Both the position numbers and the translations under genes were made by a program. From assembly GCF_009914755.1 (NCBI RefSeq), contig NC_060938.1: a stretch of 64,000 bases of DNA; one strand, 5' to 3'. The notes under the pieces were generated by a model. The model made no database searches, was not told the origin of the DNA, and worked only from the letters and a program-made list of their open reading frames with translations. The number at the start of each line of letters is the position of its first letter. Within the stretch, counting starts at the first letter, position 1. Positions 17,005 through 27,930 of the stretch are shown piece by piece. This DNA is from the human T2T-CHM13v2.0 reference genome, Homo sapiens.

Positions 17005-17225
17005 AACTATTGATTGCTAAGCAGCAGGCAGTGTGCTAAGTATGTTACCTGGATTATCTGGTTAATCCTTCCAATAGCTACACGGTGAAGACACAGATGT
17101 CCACATCTTCTGCAGATAAGGAAACTGAGGGGTAATAATAAATAATTTGCACAACACAGCACAAAGCTGAGGAGCCAACACTGGACCTGACGAAGTCCCA
17201 TTCTGGAAGCCAAACTCCCAACTGC
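17005..17225 (-). mobile_element. MIR
   Basis: cagataaggaaactgagg core; caggcagtgtgctaag. Confidence 0.75.
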
Positions 17226-17250
17226 TAAGCTCTGCTTGAATTCTCATTGA

Positions 17251-17654
<404 letters not shown>

Positions 17655-19569
17655 AGTGCTTTCTTATAAGGGAGGTGCTTTCCCTATCCATGAGGGTATT
17701 TAGGGAACCATATAAAAATATATATGTAAGTTGTATAATGGTAATTGATAGACATAACACAGTTAGTTAAAAATGGCGTCAAACAATAGAATAACTACTT
17801 TCCATCCTTCATAGATTCAATACTCATTTAGCTGAGGTTTATCATTGGCCAACATCAGGGTTGAGCTCTGGGAGGGAGAATAAAAAGTAGTAGGCACCCT
17901 CTTCTCCCCAAGAACTCACACTGATCATACAGATAAGATGTGTGTGGTATAACACTTGCTTTCCATGAAAATAAATTGATTAATCACATCGAAAATAGAG
18001 GAACAAATAATGAAAGTGTTTCTTAGGGCAAAAAATAAGAGCGCTGGGGGTTTTCATACCCTAAAGGTAGTCCTTTTTCTAACAACCAAAGAATTGGCCA
18101 TGTCTACTCCTGACATATAGCCGTCCTCCTTTGCTACCAGGAATAAACAACAATTTGACTGAGCCAAATAGCAGATGCAATTTTGCATGAAGCTAGTAAT
18201 ACTGTTTATGCTTTACTATTTTTAATATGCTATAAAAACTATTTGTCTTTTCAAAAAAAAATTTTTTTTACAGATTTAATGCCACTGCCTTAACTTTAAA
18301 CCAATGGGGTAGACATTTCTCCTTCTCTTTTCAGGGGCAAATTTTGGAATTATTTTAAAATCAGTCTGATGCCTCACACATCACGGCTGCTAAACTTGGG
18401 TATTTGTTTTTCAGTGCAATGAGCTTCATGCTGAATACTGATTTGAAGTGTGGTTCACCACACAGACTTAAATTGTCCTTCCCACAACTTTATCTGAGAA
18501 GCATGACAACGGTGACAATCACAGGACTAGTTTTATTGGGTAAGACTATTCTATGTGCAATTTATTCTGACAGGCTCCACAATTTTTAAGTGCAATTAAA
18601 TCCTAAGAATTTGCCCAGAAAAAAAAAAAGTCTACCACTTTTTAAAAAAAATTTTTTTTGAAGAAAGCAGAAAAAACAGTTGAATTGAACAACTAATTAC
18701 TAACTGGTTGCTCTCTTGAAAAAAAAAAAAAGATATTTGACAGAGCCTCAAAATCGATTTCATTATCTAGACAGGCAACTTTCTGGGTCTGAGAAAGAGA
18801 AGGCTTCCAGGAGGTCTGCAGCCACCTGCTTCAGCCACTGCTGGTATCCACATCTTCAAAGCGGAGGTTTAGCCACACCCAGAGGGGGGAATAACACTTG
18901 CAGAAAACAACGCTCAGAAATTGGCGTCACCTGATTCCCCACAGCAGAGCAGACCAGCTGTCTCCTGTACAGGTGGAAGCAGCTTGCACGCTTCCTGCCA
19001 TCCGCATGCTCACTCCTCCCTCACAGTCCCAGAAATGGAATCCCAAGAGGCCGCTCAGGCAAGCCAGATAGAGCCACCCATGTGATCAAGCATTCAGGGC
19101 ATGAGGGCCCCCACTACCATGGCCCGGAAAATACATGCATCAACATGACTCATGTCATTTGCTTGCCCTTGGTGAATTTCACGTTGCATTTCTAACCCGA
19201 AGCTAGGGTCGCGATTGTCTGGGGCGTAGAGTCCCTACCACTTCTAGGTATTCCACATTCCCAGTCTCTATTCAACAAGAGGCTAGGCTGACACTGAAGC
19301 AGCTATCCAGGTTATTCTTCAGAAATCAGATATTTTTAAAGTGATGCCAAGTTACACCTAACATCATAGAATATTCTCTTCATGTGAACTTAATTCAGTA
19401 GAAAACATCTTCGGCCAGACACCTGCAGCTGGCATAATCTGGCTATCTGGTGCCTGCTGCTCCCTCTACCCTTGCTGCTGCCCCGACCTGCCCCATACCC
19501 CAGCCCCCATTGGGGTCGACGGTTTCCCAGAGATACTCAGCCTTTTGGTGCTCCTCTCTCCTCCTGGTA

Positions 19570-19962
19570 TACCCCATGCATTAAGCATTGATCCTCCCAT
19601 CTTGTGTGCCCCCAAGACATCTACCACTGTTAACACTAAAATGGCCTTGCCTGTCTCACCCAATTTGGCTCCGAACTCATTGAGGACCACCTCACACACT
19701 CCCCAGCACCTCACACAGTTACTGGTACAGAGCAGGCTCCCGGGGATGTTTGCTGAAGGTCTTTTTTTCCCTTCTGAGCTGCTAAAACAACAGGCATTAA
19801 ACAGTCACCTGGGCCACATTGTTGCTGTGAAATGTCCTTCTCTGCAGATCGTAAGCCCCGTGACGTGATGGCAGAAACCGCGCCCTCCTTTTGTGCCCTA
19901 ATACCTGGGCCAGTGCTCTGGGCCTATTAGATGCCAATAAATGTTTCTTGAATAAATGAATT
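19570..19962 (+). mobile_element. L2 3'-end fragments
   Basis: caataaatgtttcttgaataaatgaat terminal motif. Confidence 0.5.
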
Positions 19963-20465
19963 AAAGACAATACTGATACAGACATCCTGAGAGAAAGCCG
20001 AAAAGGTCTAAAAATGAAGGCATTCCAACATCCATGTGCACAGAACATTGGGAAAGCTGTCCATCAGCGTCTCTCTTTTGTGACTTCCTATTAAGGTGCT
20101 CCGCAGAACTTGAACTGACCTATTGCAGTACAGCACAGTACTAGGGACACAGGCCAGGTGGAAAGAGATTACTTCATCTGCTTGCCATGCAAAGCAGGGC
20201 TGAGGATCCGAGGCCTCAACATGGAGAGTGGGACCCCAGGGCCCTCACCCCTCCCTTCTCAGGCCATTTGTTCCTTTTTCCTGGATGACCACCTCCCACC
20301 TGTCACCCCCTGCCTTTGCCTTCCACTTGGCCAATGCTAAATCACCCTCTCAGACTCATCTCAGGTACCACCTCTCCAAGGACGCGTTCCCTGACCCCTC
20401 TGGGCCTGGCCTGGTGTGAATGCATACTATACTGTTACCCTCACTGGACAGAGACACTCTCTTCC

Positions 20466-20782
<317 letters not shown>

Positions 20783-21663
20783 TGAGTGAGGACCTTGAGC
20801 AGTGCCAGGATTTGCTGTTGCTCCTGCCTCCCACCCTCTCTTGAATCCTGCTCCCTTTCCCCCTGCCTGGGCCTTTGCCACTTCCCCAGATTTTAATTAT
20901 GCAAAATTAAATAGCTGCTTCATAGGCGAACAGCTGGATACAACACCTTGCAGTCTTCAGGGGAAATGGTGCAAGCATAAAAAACAGGAAGAGCAATTTA
21001 AGATTAAAATACTGCTTTGAGGCTGGTGTGGGCACTGTCTCCAACAGAGGCTGACACTTGCCTGCTGGATTTAAACCTGCCCATGGTCAGGCATCAAGCC
21101 CCCCATGCCAGGCCTAGGGGAGACAGAGGAGGTGAGATGGCCACACCCTCAGCCACCTTTCCTACTACTTTTGGCAGCTCCACGATTGGCACCAGAATGG
21201 CACTTATTGGAGGGTTTTCTCCCTCGCAGCCCTCCTAAGAATCGCCTGCTGCCTTTCCTCCTACCCATTCTAACCCTTCAAACCCAGGGGATGCTGGGCT
21301 TCCGACCCTCTTCCCCTTTTATAAGTGTAAGGTGCTATCCCTGGGAGGCCAATGCTGTTGGCTGCACACTTATAGAACCCCAAGTTATTTCCAGGACCCC
21401 CTAAAAATGTGCAATGCTGAAACAGGACTGTTTTACTTTGAGCACCAGATGAATTCTGGAACAGTCAGGTGCAAAACTGAATCCTGGCATGGCGAATCAT
21501 CTTCCCCATGGCTTCCATTTTAATTTCAGAAGTGCATTAGTGGAGGCTGAGAACTTGCATCCAACACAACATGAAATCTAATGAGGAATTCCGACATTGC
21601 CTGAGAGTGCACACAGCCCATGTGCATTTCATTTGCCTGTATGTGCCCTATAAAAAATTCAAC

Positions 21664-21957
<294 letters not shown>

Positions 21958-22672
21958 TTATAATAAAAATCTCTCTAATATTTAAAATGTACATCATACT
22001 CCCATTTAAATCACAATGCTTACTATTTTTACCCAAAGTGCTTCTATTTCTTGAAAGAGCTGATGTTTACTAGAATTGAACATGGGTCATGCAAGAAGCA
22101 CTGAGTCAAGATTGGCTGGGACTGCGGAATCCTCTCTCTCCTGCAGGAATCCCATCCACACGCTCCTGGTTCACTTTCATCATCTGAAGGACCTCTTCGT
22201 ACCTAGATTCTACTTGTTATGTGCAGTTTATTTTGGTTCTAAAGGTCAGAGGCAAATATTAATAAAGGCATTTGCAGCCTTTTAAGCTTGGAAGATATTC
22301 CTGGCAGGGCGAGGGGCAAGACATGGCATCAGAGGTCATTCACCATCCCCGGCACTGTGTCCCGCCGGCCACAGGACCCCTGCATTCACTCCCTTACCTA
22401 GTAGTAGGATATATGGAAATTAGCCTGGGAAATGTTGTATGTTAGCATAGTTCATGTTTAATATACTAAAGCATGGCCTTTAGTCCATAAGGTTTTATGA
22501 ATTACCCGAACATATACAAGCATTCTTTAAACAAATAACACTTAAATGCCAGAGCGACAATTAAAACTGACCAATGGAAAGGATCTGGAAGGCCCTGGAA
22601 CAAGTGCCTTTTCTTTTTTGTTGTTTTTGGGTTTGTTTGTTTTTGAGGGAAACAGGAGAGGCTCTGAAATCC

Positions 22673-22977
22673 AAGTCTACGGTCTCTTACATGAAAGTGC
22701 AAAACTCCAAAAAGCTCTAAAAACCAAAAGTTGTTACTCAAATTTTGCAACCCACCCTGACATGCGGATATCTAAGGTCTTCCTGTCACTCCACTTAGAG
22801 TGACCATTCCTATGTTCACTATCCAAATGCCCATGCAATTGGGAAGAAAGGAATCCCAGGCTGGAGAAGTCTAGAATATCCCATTACAGTCTTGATACTG
22901 TATTCATTTTCTATTGAAAGAAAAAAAAAATCTCAATTCTGAAAAACATCCAACCACGCAGGTTTTGCAGACTGGTA
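22673..22977. mobile_element. MER46C-like (TcMar-Tigger)
   Basis: tccaaaaagctctaaaaaccaaaagtt...ccacttagagtga...aattctgaaaaacatc. Confidence 0.65.
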
Positions 22978-23565
22978 CTATTAGAGTCTGACATAAACAG
23001 GGGCCTGGCATGTAATTAAGTGAGAAGGTACCCAAGCTACATTGAAGAAGGACGGTGACTCGTAGGGTTAAAACTGAGAGCCTGGCTCTGATCCAAAGCT
23101 GTGTTTAAAGACGTGCAAACATACCACACCGGTTCACCGATCATCAGCCGAAGCTCCAATATCAATTCTGTGTTAAACCATCAATCTAAAGTGGATATTT
23201 TTGTTATTTTGTTTATCTTTTTTCCCCCATCAGGACACCCAGTGAACCAATTTCAAATGACACCTGAACCTACATATTTTTCTTAAACTACTGAACTGGA
23301 ACAAAATCAAAACATCAAAATATTCTCCAAAAGTGGCGGGAATGGAATCGGGATTTCATTTCGGTTTAAGTCCCAGGTTGAAAAGACACAAGATGGTCAG
23401 GTCATCTCATGGATGGAAAGAGCTTAAACCACCCACCCATTTTTGAAACCTTGACCTCGAGAAGAAAGAGAGAAAGCTTTTAAGTTTTTAAAACAGCTGG
23501 AAAATCATACCATCTGTGCATTTTTACCCAGCCATACTCCAAACCCAGCTCTCTATTTTATATAC

Positions 23566-23912
23566 CTGTTTTTTTCTTGTGATTATCTCACTGTTCCTTG
23601 CAAGAATGAGCCGATAATTTGATACTCCAGAGGGAAGTTCAATTTCTCAGCTGAAGATGAAGACTCAGGGGTGGCCTCCTTCAGGAATTGTAAAGTTCAG
23701 GGGAGAACGGCAATCCATTTTTATATGCTAATACTTTGTATTTAGTTAATTTGATTAAGTGGTAGGAAATGATACCTTGCTCGTAGATGGATCGTTCGCA
23801 CATTTGCAGTAAAACCTAAATGCCAAATTTTCCTCCTTCAAGTTCTTGAGAGAGTTATTTTCATCACTTTCATTTCTTCCTGTACCACAGCCATTGCTCA
23901 TCTCTTTGTTCC
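23566..23912 (-). ncRNA. Two candidate minus-strand exons (23776-23912 and 23566-23650) of a putative lncRNA
   Basis: On minus: aaagctcttcag|gga ... AAG|gtatca, then gtcttcatcttcag|ctg ... CAG|gtatat; 125-nt intron. Motif evidence only. Confidence 0.25.
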
Positions 23913-24537
23913 CTGAAGAGCTTTAAAAGTAGCTGTGTTCATGTCATTTTTATCTTGTTACTTTAATCATGTGCTTATTGACAAGAGCGGAATTTGTCAT
24001 CCTCTTCCAAGCAAGCCCTGTCACCAGTTTTTCAGCGTGATTCAGCATAAGTCATGCTCCCCTGAGGAAGGGACACTAACCCAACCCACCCAGGAACACA
24101 AGGACGTCACTGGAGAGGAACTTTTCCCAAAATCCCCAGGACCTGCCTTGGTGCAGGGCAACTTCAAAGGAGAGGGTCTTGTGTGACCAGGAACAGATAA
24201 CCTGAGGAGGCATCATCCTTTCCAGGAGCCTTCGCCATGACATGGCAGCACTGTTAGAATGTCTTGTTTGTTTCTCCAGAGTCTGTTCCTTTTCTTAGGC
24301 AAGTCCAGAATATCCAAAGCAGACAGAACTGTTTGGATTTCTGGATTTGCTTTTGTTTGTGTTTTCTCTACTTTCTATTGCAGTCCAACTGAGTCACATT
24401 CATTTTTTAAACAACTTAAGATTCCATGTCATTTAAATAGTGTTATGTTGTTTGAGAAAGTCCAGTGGCAGGTCCGGTGAGTTCAGTGAAGAAGCATGCC
24501 CACTGCTGGCCTGTGGCTTCGGTGAACGGGTGCATTC

Positions 24538-24798
24538 TTTTTTTTTTTAAGACAAAGTCTTGCTCTGGCACCCTGGCTGGAGTGCAGTGGCACTATCTTG
24601 GCTCACTGCAACCTCTGCCTCCCAGTTCAAGTGATTCTCCAGCCTCAGCCTCCTGAGTAGCTGGGATTACAGGCATGCATCACCACGCCCAGCTAATTTT
24701 TTTATTTTTAGTAGAGACAGGGTTTCACCATCTTGGCCAGGCTGGTCTCGAACTCTTGACCTCAGGTGATCCGCCCGCCTCCACCTCCCAAAGTGCTG
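24538..24798 (-). mobile_element. AluS (Sx/Sz-like), 5'-truncated at ~consensus nt 32-34
   Basis: 17-bp TSD tgaacgggYgcattctt at 24523-24539 and 24797-24813. Confidence 0.93.
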
Positions 24799-24859
24799 AA
24801 CGGGCGCATTCTTAACTGTGTTTCTCCTTCCGACTTGCTGAAATATGAGTGATTTATAA

Positions 24860-25350
24860 CTCAGCATCCTATTGACTGACGGATGGCCTGGTTTCTGTGT
24901 GCTGGGTGCTGACAGAGCCCCCAGAAGTGCGTAAAATGATACTTGCTCACCAGGGGTTCCCATTATTTTCTCCTCAACCAGAAACATTCCCAGAGACATG
25001 CCACACAGTGAGAAATAAACATGGTGCAATAAAACACAGACGGTACCGCGAGGATCCTCTGTGAGGAGCAAGAGGTGGAGACAGTCCCAGGGGAGTCCAC
25101 AGTGGGTGGGGTCAAAGTGGGTCTGAGTGGTGATGGGAGAGCTGGGTCTGAGAGGTGCCATCTGGACAGGTGGAAAGAAGGGTGGAAGGCATTTCAAGCA
25201 GGGAAAAGGAGGTAAGGGAAGTCCAGAGACAGTGGGGGAAAGGCTGGTTAGGGAGTCAGGGAAGAACTCAGTGCAGTCAAGGAGGAGGATTTTGAAGGCA
25301 GGGCTGAGAAGTGCCTGAGGTTGGATGTGGAGTTGGGAGTCTTGACCTTT
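24860..25350 (-). mobile_element. L2 fragment
   Basis: gagctgggtctgaga...ggaaggcatttcaagcagggaa, typical L2 antisense. Confidence 0.5.
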
Positions 25351-26926
25351 CCCACCCAGGCCTTGATGTATCCCAGCTGAGAAGATGCAAGGTCAGCAGG
25401 CAGGCTAGGGTGGCAGATGGACACAAAACCAGAGACCAGGGACCAAGGAGTAGATCCCTGCGACAGCAGGACCAGGACAGGCAATGAAATTTGAGAAAAA
25501 TTTCAAAATAATTGATGACTAAGAGAAAGCAGTCTAAACTCCAATATTCAGTTTTTGCACACCTATCTTTAATGATCTCCTTACAGTTAGAAAACAGTCC
25601 ATTTTCCCCATAATCGGTAGTCGTTTCATTAGCATCTAAATTATAATTCCTTAATTATAAGCCTATCACCTATTCTGCTTTCCAAAAATTAATCCAGAAG
25701 CTGTCAAATACAAACTTATGTTTAATAAAATGAACATCTGTGATCACACACCAGGAGCAAAATCCTAATTGTTCTAAACCCGGCACTTTGCTTTGACAAC
25801 CAAGTACCTTTTTTTTAAATACTTTATTTCTTTAAAACACCTGCTTTCTTTACATACTGACTTTTAAAGGAAGAGATTAAATTTTATTGGCAGGAACAGA
25901 AGTTAGTCTCTAAAATAGCAAAGGAAGAACTATGCTTTATAGAAAAGTTGCCTGCTACATTAAAAATAAACCAGAATATGAATCAAAATCCACAAATCCA
26001 ACAGGGGCCAATCCCCAATTTTCCCACAAAGAGAGCCGACAGTCTGATAACCTCAGCTCTTTGGAATTAGGCTGTTGGTGGCGGCTGCAGTCCTTGTTCC
26101 GATGGTAGCCGCACCACCCCAGCCCAGGATGGCTGTATTTCCATTAGAATTGGCTGTCCTGCCCTCTCTGCCTTCGCCACCCCCCTTCGCCCAAGTCCGG
26201 TTATTCAGTGAGTTATAATTTGGCACTAAAACTCAATTAAGCTGAAACGTTGGTCATACGTGGTGTTTTTCCCAGCAAAGCATAATTTCTTTGACCCATT
26301 TTCCAAATGTCAGTAGATCGATTTTAAAGCACAGAGAGGTAAAAGTTTGTTTAAAAATCCAGCTCGCATTTCTAGAAACTGGCTGGAATTTTTTTTTTTT
26401 TTAATTTCAAATAAACAGTCAGGATGTGGTGTTACTATATTAAAGCGCTTCAAGTTTTCATAGCGCTCGTCAAACAGAGACCTCGGAACGCTCTGCAGAC
26501 ATTAATTAATGTTCGCTCCGGCCCTGGAAGCCATTTCACCAATGGAAATTCCGATGAGAAAGGAAGAAACGAGGGGTTCAAGGCCGCGCCGTTGTGAGTC
26601 CGCTGCGGAACTAGGAACTGAAACCCCGTGGTTCCCAATGAGCCAGCGAAAGTCTGTCGAAGTATTGAGCACCCCTATTGAAGACTGTGGGAGTTTTGGC
26701 GGCTTAATGGGATTGTGTTCGGTCCTTCAGGCTCTCCTTTAAAAGATTCCATGGCACCAACGAGACTCCAATAAAAGGGCCTCTCTAATTGCTTTCTGAC
26801 TTTCTATGAAACTTTCTAAGCTATGCTGACATCCTCGAATACAACTATGGAATTAAAGAGGAGAGAAAGGCGAGGCACAGTGGGTGCGCAAAGAAAAAGA
26901 GGTTCTCAGCGGAGCGTGTGTGAGGC

Positions 26927-26958
26927 GGGGGGTTACGGGGGAGGGGAGACGGGGCGGG
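26927..26958 (+). other. Five-tract G-quadruplex motif with a GC box
   Basis: ggggggttacgggggaggggagacggggcggg. Confidence 0.7.
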
Positions 26959-27238
26959 TGTGAAGTCTGTGCCGGGAAAAGAAAAATATGAGTGTTCTCT
27001 TTTGTGTGCGCACAAACAGCCGAGCGCGGGGAGGTCGGGCCCGGGGTCACGCGGCTCCGGGCTGCAGCTGCCGCCGTGGGGCGGGGGGTCCCAGGCGGCC
27101 ACCGGGCGTCGCGGCCGCCTGCGGCATCAGCATTCCGGCGGCGCGGGCGGCCGCTGTCCTCGCGCGACCCCAGCCCGTCCAGAGCGCGCCCCGGCACCGA
27201 CCCTCGGGGCGAGGCGAGCGCAGCCCCCGCTGGCCAAC

Positions 27239-27247
27239 AAGGTAAGC
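27239..27247 (+). other. Strong 5' splice donor (candidate plus-strand first-exon end at 27241)
   Basis: AAG|gtaagc inside the CpG island. Confidence 0.5.
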
Positions 27248-27561
27248 GCGGCGCGGGGAGCGGTGGCCGGGAGCCTGGGCGCCAGGCGACCCCTCGACAG
27301 GGCGCACGGACCGGTTCTCCGCCGCGCGGGTCGATGACCGACGGGGAGGCCCGAGTCTGGCCCCGACGCCCTGGCCCGGTGTCCCCGACGCGCCTGGAGC
27401 CCGGGAGGGAGGCGCGGGCCTGGCCTGGGCCCAGGAGGATGGAGCCCGACTCAGGGCCGTCTCTCCCCGCTTGGGGGTGCTCAGGAGGGCCCAGGGTACC
27501 TGCGCGGGCACCTTGGCGGCGGGTCACCCTCCCTCCGAGCCACTCCGTCCGTGGGCAGCGG

Positions 27562-27570
27562 CCTTACCAG
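27562..27570 (-). other. Strong 5' splice donor (candidate minus-strand first-exon end at 27568)
   Basis: Plus-strand ccttaccag = CTG|gtaagg on minus. Confidence 0.45.
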
Positions 27571-27762
27571 GTCCGAGCCGGACGCTCAGCGTTGCCCTCC
27601 GCGAGCCCCCAGCCTCCCCTCGAGCGCCGCGGGAGCCCCAGGTGCACACACGCAGGCCTGGGCCGGGCCTCCAGGCCTCTGTCCTTCGGGCGGGCTGGGA
27701 GGTGGCCTGGCGATGCCCGCCGAGGGGTGGAGAGGGCGAAGCCAGGGCGGCGTCGGCGAGGC

Positions 27763-27930
27763 CATCAAAGGCCGGGGGTGGCGGCCCGCCGCGTTGCCCA
27801 TGACCAGGCCGAGGGCATGAAAGGATCTTTATCCTCCAGTGACATTGCCAGGCCGGCGCTTTTCTGCGGCCTCCCCCTCCCGCGGCCCTAATTGGGGCCG
27901 GCTGCTAATGTGATTAAAGGCCAGTTAAAC
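27763..27930. promoter_or_regulatory. TCF/LEF plus homeodomain motif cluster
   Basis: catcaaag 27763-27770; ctaattg 27888-27894; TAAT-gtg-ATTA 27906-27916. Confidence 0.6.

Noticed and set aside
23776-23901. Minus-strand frame MSNGCGTGRNESDENNSLKNLKEENL... open to a splice donor
   Set aside because: Only 42 codons with no similarity I recognise; kept only as a low-confidence non-coding exon candidate. PhyloCSF or Ribo-seq would decide.
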